DNA of 20,000 nt from an uncultured virus (IMG/VR IMGVR_UViG_3300025853_000053) (lineage: Duplodnaviria > Heunggongvirae > Uroviricota > Caudoviricetes), in the IMG/VR virus record IMGVR_UViG_3300025853_000053, positions 58,836 through 78,835 of that record; one strand, 5' to 3'. The notes beneath the pieces are model-generated. The model was given only the letters and a program-made list of their open reading frames with translations, did not search any database and had not been told where the DNA came from. Shown one piece after another: positions 1 to 8,769 of this stretch (positions within the stretch are counted from its first letter, which is position 1; every line of letters begins with the position of its first letter). The translations under genes and the position numbers were made by a program.

Positions 1-3000
1 TATCTTCTAAGGATTCTGTCTAATCTAATAGATCCATAAAGGGTATTAGTTCTAGTATCTTTTTGCCAGAAAACTTCCACATCTGGATAAATCCCCTCGT
101 CAAAAACTTGAAGGTCGACGTTTGAAAATACTGTCCCTAGCTGACCAATTCCAGTATTAGATGTTTGTGGGGTTATATTTTGGATTTCACTTAAAGCCTG
201 CTTTGCCTCAAGGTTAATCTTTTGCACATCAGTTTCACCAGTGGTTCTATTAACCTCCAATGTTATAAAGGTATAAGTAGTAATGGTATAAGGGGTTTGC
301 ATCATTTTAGAACCAAGGAATGATTTATTCTCCCTCATAGATCTGGTTCCAGCAACCGGGGAATTTTGTGTAGCAGAAGTGTAAAGATTAAAATACCCAG
401 GATCCCATGTTGACAAAAATATAGAAAAGTTCTTCTTTGCAACTGGTGTTTCACCAACAAGAGGATATACTGGACCAAGCGGAAGATTTGCTGATTTTTC
501 AAGTATATTCTTGCCAAGAGAAACCTTACTATAATTTAGATTCTTTACAGTACCGAAATCTATTTTTTCGGGGGCAAATGTACAGTTTCGGTAACTCAAG
601 TCAGCAGAAGAATAACCAGAAATAGTATCAGTTTTATCATTCTTATACCTAATAACCTTATTAAAAAGTGGTTCGTATTTACCAGCATATCTTAAAATGT
701 CAGCAGCATAATTAGGACCAGCATTTATTTGGTACCCGGTAGGCTGGTTCTGTCCCAAAGTTTGTGGGCCAGAGTAATCAGCAACAGGGTAGGTTCCAGT
801 TGATCTATGAAGAGCTGTTGGCTGCTGCATATAGATCTGGAAATAATCGCTTCGTACCTCAGTTGTCTGCGTATCCGCATTCCATGAATATGTACGGTAT
901 TTAATATAAGGGCTTTCGTTATTTACACGATCTGAGATCTGGGAAAGCGAAATTCTTCTAATTAGAAAATCAAAGTATTTTTCGCCACCCTCTTCCTGGA
1001 AAACCGGATAATCAGCATAAGCACTTCTAGGTCCTACTGGAATAGTAACCGGGGATCCGAATGCGAAAGGAATATCAAAAGTGTAATTAGTTCCAACCGG
1101 ACCGAATGATGCTAAATTCTTAGATCTACCAACCGGCCAAGGATATGTTGAGTTAATCGAAGGAACCCTAAAACTTCCCTTTCCTGTTGGAGATAAAGAT
1201 CCGGTACCACCTACAGGATAGATTGTATTGATCTCCTCTCTCAGGTCAGTGTCATAATCTGGATTTGGTATTGTGTAAATAAAACCAGGATTTGTAAACT
1301 GAGTAACAGAACTTTCAGATGTGATAGAAAGATCCAAGGCGGAACTTAGCTTTATATCATCTATCTCATATAAAGGAATTCCAGTTGCTCCTGTAGTACC
1401 TGTTACACCAACACCAGAATCCTTCTTTTTGTCGCTCAAGCTATAAAGCAATAGATAATCAACTGAAGGATTTCCTCCGGTTCCTCCAGTATAGCCAAGG
1501 GGTAAAGCACGATAGTCTTTTACTACTATCTGACAAACAAATAAGACAGACTTTTGTTGGGTATTCTCAACAATCTCATAACTTACAGGAGACTGGATAG
1601 TGTTACCCGTTTCTGGAACCACCCTTAACACGGAAGCAAATTTATAGTCTTCAAACCCCCTAAAATTGGGTACATATTTTTCAAGATCCGTTTTCGGATT
1701 AGTAACTGTGCTTCTTCTTCTCAAAGAAATCTTTGCCCCCCTAAATACAGTATCATAAAATCCAGTAGATCTATTGTACGTAAACGGGGTAAATAATTCT
1801 TTAGTAGTATTACTAGCTATATTATAAGGACTTGAATAATCAGCAGGTTCTACAGTGAAGAATGAAGAAAAATATAAACTGTCATCCGGGTCTGCACTTC
1901 TTACCTTTGATAAATCAATCTTTGCTGGAAGATAGCTATTTTGACTTTCTATCTTATCACTAGGATATCCGTCTGGAACACCTTCCAATAGCATCCACTC
2001 ATGAGTTAAATACATTGGATCTGGAGTTTCCTTCTCGAAGCTAGGAGAAAAATTGGTTGGGCTGAAAGCTGCAGAAGCATTCAATCTGTAGCCGTGGCCT
2101 CTTGAATCGGTTCCGCCAAAGTATCCCCACTTATTAATAAAAGGAACTATCTTAGATCGGTTAGCCCTGGAAGTGGTATAGTTTTCTTCCAGGTAATCAT
2201 ATTCAGTTTCAAGCTTACCGTAATTGAAAATAAACCCCTTAGTGTTTGATTGTGTTACAGCCTGTGTTTCACTAATAGATTGAATTCCGAAGAAACCATC
2301 GAAAGAATCTAAATTCTTTTCAAAATTTATTAGCTTTGAATTATAAGAAGCTGAAGGATCTTTCCATTGTATTTGTGTAAAAATAGCTGGAACAACTATC
2401 GATTCAACACCAGTGTTTGTAAACCCGCTATCTATAAAGAAATCTACAGTGGACCCTACGAAAGCCCTTCCCGCAGGCAGGGTTCTTTCATTCACAGTAC
2501 CAACATCCACTACAACTTCACCAGACTTAACCAGGTATTTTACACCATCCTTAATTTGTCCTTTGATTTCAGGTATAAGCTGAAAATATCTATGGAACTC
2601 TGGAGTAGGTGTTTCACCATAAGAGGAAGACCAAAAATCAAAGTCAAAGTCTTTAATATCAAAGAAGGAGAATACCCCAGTTTTGATCTTTGGCATTTCA
2701 AATAAGTTGAAAGATTGGCTTGTTCCCAAATCAATTACCGCCTTCCGATCCCTCAGATTTGCAATTAATAACTCATTATATCCCTTAAAACCATCAACCC
2801 TTCCATTAGAATCTAATACAGGATCTTCAACATATTTGGTTACGCTTTCAATCATAGAAGCTCCACCTGTTATACCGCTTCCCGATGTTACCTGAATATA
2901 ATTTCCAGCCACCACTTTATTAATTTCCTTAATATCAAAAGCCACCCTACAAAGGGGGTAATCAGTTCCCCCACTAAATGAGATAGGCCCATTCAAAGAA

Positions 3001-5171
3001 GAGGCATCAGTTCCAGCTATCTTAACAAATCCACTCTGGGAAAAGGTTGAGTATAATTGCCAGTTAGATGAATCTAACGAAGGATCTGTATTTTGAGATC
3101 CGGGTATTGCAGAAGGAATATTATTCTTCGCTTGGTAGTATATGTTAGAACTTAGAACAACATCACCGGTTGAATATGAACTTGTGTTATTCCAAACTCC
3201 AATATACAAGGACTTAAAAGTTGTATAGTCATCATAAGCTACAACCCTATATTCTTTATTGACCTTAGACCCGAAAGCTTTTGTTCTAATAACTGAAGTT
3301 GAAGAACTAGGAGCAGAATCCCATACAACGTCACTTATAGACGATACACACTCACAAAAAGCAGCAGCGATTTCTTCTGTCGTTCCATCAGTGGCGTTAA
3401 AGAAATGTTCTGTCCCTATATTATAAGAAGATCCAGATTTCCACCCCACAAGGGTTCCACCAAATTCTCCAGTCTTAATCAGATCATATCTTCCAGCAGG
3501 CTCAGATTTAGATCCATTTGGCCAGAAAATCTTAAAAACGGCTTCATTTCCGGAAGATTCATTTCCAGTAAATTCTATACCAATATTGGGTCTCCCCTTA
3601 GTTCCAGGTAAAATCCCTTTTATAGAACCTATCTTATCCCCGTACCCAGTGAAGTTTTGTAGATTTACTGATGTGTTACTAACCACCAATGATCCGGTTG
3701 TTAGATTGGGGTTTCCAGTTACACCAAAAGTGCTTCCGTCGTAAGGACCATATTTAGCATATTGTGGAGTATTGTCAATCCAAGTTTTATTAGACGTGTT
3801 ATAGTTTTCAAACCTTTTTAAGGAATAGAACCTATCAGATTTGTCGGTAATATAATATAGTTTCTGCGGGTCGTTTACATTTGTATCATAAGATCCTGGT
3901 ATCCATCCAGAAGATCCCTCATAATAAAGTCTGACCCCACCTGTGCTACTCTGAAAATTCGGTCTATTGTCTTCATAATGACCGATATTGTTTCTTGAAG
4001 GCTTAGGTAAATTTAGATTGCCGTTGGAGTTCTTAAAATCGTAAAAGTAATCTCCATTTAAGAAAAACTCACCAAGGTCATTTTTCGAAACATAAAATCC
4101 AAAATACCTATTTATAGTGTATAAATCAGAGTCCGAATCGTTAAACAAGAATTCCATATTCAACACATTAGGACATATCACACCATTTCTTTGGAATCCG
4201 TCAGTTACATAGTTTTCGAAATCTGATTGTATAGAAGATTGTGGGTTTATCAGATAATCATAAAGTAGCTCTCCCCTTTCTGTAAAAACACCGTCTTTTA
4301 TACTAACACCATTATAATAGGTGTAGGTGTTCTGCTGAAAAGAAAAATCTATTGGAGATTGCTTGTAACCCTTATTATTTACAATGCTTCTTATATAGTC
4401 ACCAATCTTAGTTCCAGCCCTCAAATCAAAAGTAGCAACAACACTAGCGTTTGGTAATATTTTTGAGTTGAAGAAAGATTCAACATCATCGACATTTGAT
4501 TGAAATTTTAGCTCATTCATCTCAACAACTTTACCAGATCCTGAAACCACTGAATATGAGCTGTACAAGTCTACACCCTCGAAAATTTCATTTGCCTTAT
4601 ATACAATTTCCTGCCCAGCATTATCCTTTCCGTATGTAATGGAAAAGGTCTCAGAAGAATCTGGGTCCTGAATTAGCTTATAGCTTACCGAGGTTTGAAT
4701 GTTAGTTACATTGGTAGTATATGGATAGCTTACTGGATTTGGTAACTTAAAAACAACGAAAAACTCAGGTAATTCATTGCGTAGCCAAAGGGGTTGGAAA
4801 TATCTAAAATTCTCAGTGTAGTTTTTGTCAATTAATGTGGAAGCACCACTACCATAAAAGAAGTCGTACTGGAATTCAAAATCCTCTTGAGCTTTTGAAC
4901 TCCCGTCTGTGAATTCTCCTACCTGGAAAATAAGATCATTTGCAACAGATCCCTTATCGAAAAAATTGTATAAATCAGTAGCGTAAGAATCCTTTCCTGT
5001 TACCTGGAACTTTTTAAATTTCTCTGTGCTAAGTGTTGGATTTGCATTAAAGGAGTTTAACCAAACACCGCCAGAGGAATCTAATGACACCTTCACATTG
5101 CCGGTAAGTTTGGGGTTTGTCCTTAATAGTCCAAATGATGAATTATAATCAAATAATTTTGGTGATGCCAT
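1..5171 (-). CDS. Very large hypothetical (putative virion structural) protein, >=1723 aa, 3' end outside the window; contains a CBM5/12-like module
   Basis: Not in the ORF track, but ATG at 5171 opens MASPKLFDYNSSFGLLRTNPKLTGNVKVSLD... Spot translations near 3060-3210, 2860-2890, 1380-1500 and 3-120 (...NVDLQVFDEGIYPDVEVFWQKDTRTNTLYGSIRLDRILRR) are all in the same open frame. An internal stop would have produced a listed ORF, so the frame appears open to the window edge. It lies 27 bp downstream of the 1184-aa gene on the same strand. Confidence 0.9.
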   Translation of the reverse strand, partial: MASPKLFDYNSSFGLLRTNPKLTGNVKVSLDSSGGVWLNSFNANPTLSTEKFKKFQVTGKDSYATDLYNFFDKGSVANDLIFQVGEFTDGSSKAQEDFEFQYDFFYGSGASTLIDKNYTENFRYFQPLWLRNELPEFFVVFKLPNPVSYPYTTNVTNIQTSVSYKLIQDPDSSETFSITYGKDNAGQEIVYKANEIFEGVDLYSSYSVVSGSGKVVEMNELKFQSNVDDVESFFNSKILPNASVVATFDLRAGTKIGDYIRSIVNNKGYKQSPIDFSFQQNTYTYYNGVSIKDGVFTERGELLYDYLINPQSSIQSDFENYVTDGFQRNGVICPNVLNMEFLFNDSDSDLYTINRYFGFYVSKNDLGEFFLNGDYFYDFKNSNGNLNLPKPSRNNIGHYEDNRPNFQSSTGGVRLYYEGSSGWIPGSYDTNVNDPQKLYYITDKSDRFYSLKRFENYNTSNKTWIDNTPQYAKYGPYDGSTFGVTGNPNLTTGSLVVSNTSVNLQNFTGYGDKIGSIKGILPGTKGRPNIGIEFTGNESSGNEAVFKIFWPNGSKSEPAGRYDLIKTGEFGGTLVGWKSGSSYNIGTEHFFNATDGTTEEIAAAFCECVSSISDVVWDSAPSSSTSVIRTKAFGSKVNKEYRVVAYDDYTTFKSLYIGVWNNTSSYSTGDVVLSSNIYYQAKNNIPSAIPGSQNTDPSLDSSNWQLYSTFSQSGFVKIAGTDASSLNGPISFSGGTDYPLCRVAFDIKEINKVVAGNYIQVTSGSGITGGASMIESVTKYVEDPVLDSNGRVDGFKGYNELLIANLRDRKAVIDLGTSQSFNLFEMPKIKTGVFSFFDIKDFDFDFWSSSYGETPTPEFHRYFQLIPEIKGQIKDGVKYLVKSGEVVVDVGTVNERTLPAGRAFVGSTVDFFIDSGFTNTGVESIVVPAIFTQIQWKDPSASYNSKLINFEKNLDSFDGFFGIQSISETQAVTQSNTKGFIFNYGKLETEYDYLEENYTTSRANRSKIVPFINKWGYFGGTDSRGHGYRLNASAAFSPTNFSPSFEKETPDPMYLTHEWMLLEGVPDGYPSDKIESQNSYLPAKIDLSKVRSADPDDSLYFSSFFTVEPADYSSPYNIASNTTKELFTPFTYNRSTGFYDTVFRGAKISLRRRSTVTNPKTDLEKYVPNFRGFEDYKFASVLRVVPETGNTIQSPVSYEIVENTQQKSVLFVCQIVVKDYRALPLGYTGGTGGNPSVDYLLLYSLSDKKKDSGVGVTGTTGATGIPLYEIDDIKLSSALDLSITSESSVTQFTNPGFIYTIPNPDYDTDLREEINTIYPVGGTGSLSPTGKGSFRVPSINSTYPWPVGRSKNLASFGPVGTNYTFDIPFAFGSPVTIPVGPRSAYADYPVFQEEGGEKYFDFLIRRISLSQISDRVNNESPYIKYRTYSWNADTQTTEVRSDYFQIYMQQPTALHRSTGTYPVADYSGPQTLGQNQPTGYQINAGPNYAADILRYAGKYEPLFNKVIRYKNDKTDTISGYSSADLSYRNCTFAPEKIDFGTVKNLNYSKVSLGKNILEKSANLPLGPVYPLVGETPVAKKNFSIFLSTWDPGYFNLYTSATQNSPVAGTRSMRENKSFLGSKMMQTPYTITTYTFITLEVNRTTGETDVQKINLEAKQALSEIQNITPQTSNTGIGQLGTVFSNVDLQVFDEGIYPDVEVFWQKDTRTNTLYGSIRLDRILRR
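3060..3200 (-). other. CBM5/12 (chitin-binding type 3)-like module within the large ORF
   Basis: Translation GVWNNTSSYSTGDVVLSSNIYYQAKNNIPSAIPGSQNTDPSLDSSNW matches by eye the W-x5-Y-x2-GD-x-V...Y-x-A...P...W pattern of CBM5/12 modules. Confidence 0.6.
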
Positions 5172-5198
5172 TTAAAATGTTGTTCCTTTATTAAACCC

Positions 5199-8100
5199 TT
5201 AGCCTACATTTCTAGTTGTTGAAGAGAAATTTGGTGCTGAGAGGGTATCATTTTTATATTTTCCAGTAACCTGCACGTCAAAAGAGAACGGACTTTGGTT
5301 TCTAACCTGTATATCTATTCCTATCTTTTTACTATAGGTTATATTTGTTGGGTTTCCATCAGCTCTAAATCCTCCGATATAACCCAACTTATCATTTGCT
5401 CTAAACTGGAATATTAAAGGAACATTTATAGAATTGGAATCTCCATTCTTAACAAACTTAGAAGCCAATTGAGTTGATCCTTCAACTTGAATAGTTGAAG
5501 CTGTTGGTGGACCTAAGAATAGATAGGCTCCACAAGTATATCTTCCAACCAGATACTCATCATTAGCGGTGAATCCAAGTTTATTTGGATACATTTCATC
5601 TTCTCTAGAAGCAGTAGCTCCCTGTACAAAATCAGTAGACACCTGTTGATATCCCAACTGCTTATAATTGTCCAAAAGTGTAGTATCTGTGTAGAAATAA
5701 TCTGAATGTCTGAAGTATGGGTAAACTACAAGACCACCGGAGAAATTAGGTTTCACCAAATTAGTGAACGAAAGACCTGTGGTAAGATCTGGGTGATCCT
5801 TGTGTATACAGAATTCGCTTAATGTACCATTTCCAATACCAGTATAACTACCAGTTGCCCCAGTAATCACACCACTCCAAATATTAGCATCAGTACCAGA
5901 GGCTGTAGGAACTGAATTATCAGTTGGATCAAAAGGAAGTAATTGACTACCATTTCTAGGTAAACCGCTCACATCGCCAGTATAGAGATAAGAGCCAGCA
6001 AAAGTAGAAGGTGCTATATAGAGTTCATTGTCAAACCCAACCGACTTCCACCTAGGATAAACAAATTGACTATTTGAGTTACCAGAAGCATACGGTGGCG
6101 CCTGTCTAAACTCTTTAAAAGAATCGTTATTTGCACCTCCAGTGGATCCTACAGGAACTATATCCGATGTGGTAAGGGACGTAATAGAAATTGGCACCGC
6201 GCCATATCTTAAATTAGATGCATATCCTTCGGGTAATGCATAGGAGGAGCTTGTTCCGGCAAGTGTTGTTAAACCACCAGGTAATATAGAAGAAAGCTCC
6301 AAGAGACCAGCGGAAGTGTTGCTTATCTTAATCTCATAAACAGTAGAAGCTATTTTACCTGCATCGCTTGTAGATGCATTTTGGTATATCTGGTTAAAGT
6401 AACCAGCATTTAGGTTTACAGTTGAACCATTAGTCACCAGTTGTGTGTTTGTATCATCAACAATATAAACTTCTAAAGTACCAGTAGCATTTTCTACAGT
6501 TGCTCTTAAAGAGTTCAATTGATCCTGAAGTTCACTTAGCTTTTGGAAAAGGTCCAAAGGATTACCAGCAGAATCATAGTAGCCACTAAGAATTGAATTT
6601 GTTCCCAAATAGTAAGTCTTATCACCAGTAACTACCTGTTGATTCAAGAGTCCGTCTATACCCTTAGCTGTTAAATCTTGTTGAATTGCAAGAACAGCCT
6701 CGTCTTTTAAGTTTGTGCTAACACTCTCAGCTGTACTTTGGGTTGAAAGATCGTCAGGGAAAGCTACAACAACAGGATCTGAAAAATCCGATGTTACCGG
6801 GTTATCTGGCCACCCTGCTTCTGAAACCGCTTTAATGCGGATTTCAACTCTTTCTCCTTTTGTAATTGGTATATCAAGTTGATTGATATTAGTAGCATCT
6901 GCATTCTCAGTATCTTCAGGGGCCCAAACATACGTCCCTGTATTAGCATCATATATCTTCTTTCTTACCTCTGATTTTATCTCAGTCCAGTTTGAAAAGG
7001 CCCCGGTTTTTTCTTGACCGTTATCATCAAGGTAACCTATCTGCTGTACCGCAGGAGAAGCTCCAGCCTCTGAAAGGTACCTATACTGTATAATGAACTG
7101 AATGACACTCTGATCTCCAGTAACCGTGCTACTTTTTGGCAAAGGAATGGGCCAAAAACCCCTCACTCTATATTTAGGTTCTACTTTGAACTGGGTATTT
7201 GTTTCTGAAATAGTAGTGATATCACTTACGACGGAAGCAAGGAGTTGTTGTTTTTGTACTCTTTGCTGGGTCAAAGAATTAAGTGAAGCTATAATCGAAC
7301 TTGATGCCTGAGCATTTCCTGTATTAGAAGAAGAAACAGAAGCAATTGAAGAGTTGTTAGCTAAAACACTTGTGGAAGAAACCGAATTTAAATCGGTTCT
7401 AGCTTTTGATATAGATCCATCTAACTGTTGTATTTCTGATTGCAAAGTTGATTTTAAAGCTACCTTGTCATTCAGAGTTTGGACATCAGTTCCTTCGGTA
7501 AGCTGGGTATTAACCTGAACCACCCTAAAATTAGTAGCAGAAACTGAAGGAGCATCTGGAACCAACCCATTTATGGCATTTATCTTCTTCTCTTTAGCCA
7601 TTCCAAGGAATATCTGACCAAGATCTGCTACTGAATTAAGATAGAACTGCTCCAGTGTTTGCACACCAGAGTCAGTGTTAATGGTTAATTCATTGCTGAA
7701 AATAATAATTCCGTTTGACCAAGTGGATCCAATGATATTGAAGTTATCATCTATCTGCTTAAAAAATATTCCCTGCCTTTCGTCAAAACCAACATTAACC
7801 TCTATAAGTCTTGCACTTAATTGGGTTGATTGTAAGGTTAATTGATTATCACCAATTTGTACCGGTTGATACCCAGAATCTCTTTTAAGCTGAACAGATG
7901 TCTCCTCTATATTAACCGCGGTAATAAGATATCTAGTTCCATCATTAGTTAATAGGGTATCACCAACGGATAATGTCCTCCCGTTGGTAACGTTAGAAGT
8001 CGTATCAGTATAATTAACTGTATTTAATTTATAGTTCCTTCTAGTTTCCTGGACTTGATTTCCATTTGCATCGGTTATCGTTACTACGTCATCATAAAAG

Positions 8101-8753
8101 GAAAGAACACCGAAAGATCCTTTATTCCTAATTGACCTCAGTGGTAAGTCAATATTGTCTTCATCAACAAAATAGTCTATACCAGCATCATCCAGCTCAT
8201 TAATAAAATCTTGCTCAGATAGGTCATTCCTTCCATTTAGGTTATTATCAAAATAAGCCTTCTTTTCATCAGTATTAGTATTTGCTATAATTCTTTTAAC
8301 CCTAACACGATCAGCATCATCAGCAACCTGACCGGTTACGTCAATAGAGATGTATAGAAGCGGGCTTAAAAAGCTTTCAAAGAACCAATTATCCCTTGCA
8401 GAAAATGTGCTTGGCACCTGAAGATTGGCAAGAGGTGCAGGATCCTTTATAGGTTGAGACTTATAAACTTGACTATACGTACCATCAGGATTTCTAACGG
8501 TAGCAAAGTTGTCCCCCAGTCCAGCAAGAGACTGGATGTTAGAATCGAGCCTTTCTATTTCACTTCTAAGATAACCATAGGCTGGAATACTAGCGACAGA
8601 TGGCAAACCATTTTCATCTAGTAGCTCGATCTGTACATTATCGTTAGTAGAAGTTGCTACCTCATTGAGGCCGTTAATAATCTCCAATGAATTTTTTTGC
8701 AGTCTTAAAAACTGAGCTACTAGAGAACTTATTGAATTTTGTGTTGATGCCAT
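5199..8753 (-). CDS. Hypothetical phage structural protein (1184 aa) with coiled coils and an FN3-like domain
   Basis: ORF track, ATG start and TAA stop. Heptad-like segments LNDKVALKSTLQSEIQQLDGSISKARTDL / SLNSLTQQRVQKQQLLASVVSDI and LFQKLSELQDQLNSLRATVE. FN3-like pattern W...F-IIQYR...WTE...VEIRIKAVSEAG...SDFSDPVVV. Confidence 0.85.
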   Translation of the reverse strand: MASTQNSISSLVAQFLRLQKNSLEIINGLNEVATSTNDNVQIELLDENGLPSVASIPAYGYLRSEIERLDSNIQSLAGLGDNFATVRNPDGTYSQVYKSQPIKDPAPLANLQVPSTFSARDNWFFESFLSPLLYISIDVTGQVADDADRVRVKRIIANTNTDEKKAYFDNNLNGRNDLSEQDFINELDDAGIDYFVDEDNIDLPLRSIRNKGSFGVLSFYDDVVTITDANGNQVQETRRNYKLNTVNYTDTTSNVTNGRTLSVGDTLLTNDGTRYLITAVNIEETSVQLKRDSGYQPVQIGDNQLTLQSTQLSARLIEVNVGFDERQGIFFKQIDDNFNIIGSTWSNGIIIFSNELTINTDSGVQTLEQFYLNSVADLGQIFLGMAKEKKINAINGLVPDAPSVSATNFRVVQVNTQLTEGTDVQTLNDKVALKSTLQSEIQQLDGSISKARTDLNSVSSTSVLANNSSIASVSSSNTGNAQASSSIIASLNSLTQQRVQKQQLLASVVSDITTISETNTQFKVEPKYRVRGFWPIPLPKSSTVTGDQSVIQFIIQYRYLSEAGASPAVQQIGYLDDNGQEKTGAFSNWTEIKSEVRKKIYDANTGTYVWAPEDTENADATNINQLDIPITKGERVEIRIKAVSEAGWPDNPVTSDFSDPVVVAFPDDLSTQSTAESVSTNLKDEAVLAIQQDLTAKGIDGLLNQQVVTGDKTYYLGTNSILSGYYDSAGNPLDLFQKLSELQDQLNSLRATVENATGTLEVYIVDDTNTQLVTNGSTVNLNAGYFNQIYQNASTSDAGKIASTVYEIKISNTSAGLLELSSILPGGLTTLAGTSSSYALPEGYASNLRYGAVPISITSLTTSDIVPVGSTGGANNDSFKEFRQAPPYASGNSNSQFVYPRWKSVGFDNELYIAPSTFAGSYLYTGDVSGLPRNGSQLLPFDPTDNSVPTASGTDANIWSGVITGATGSYTGIGNGTLSEFCIHKDHPDLTTGLSFTNLVKPNFSGGLVVYPYFRHSDYFYTDTTLLDNYKQLGYQQVSTDFVQGATASREDEMYPNKLGFTANDEYLVGRYTCGAYLFLGPPTASTIQVEGSTQLASKFVKNGDSNSINVPLIFQFRANDKLGYIGGFRADGNPTNITYSKKIGIDIQVRNQSPFSFDVQVTGKYKNDTLSAPNFSSTTRNVG

Positions 8754-8769
8754 TTTACTTTATAAAATT

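Noticed and set aside
335..3611. Six short ORFs (335-517, 437-625, 2367-2705, 2540-2734, 2683-2895, 3405-3611)
   Set aside because: All overlap the >=1723-aa minus-strand ORF in alternative frames or antisense and have no recognisable motifs. They are shadow ORFs.
5192..5198. GGGTTTA slippery heptamer on the minus strand (possible -1 frameshift)
   Set aside because: It lies after the TAA of the 1184-aa gene, so ribosomes would terminate first, and the downstream gene is in the same frame anyway.
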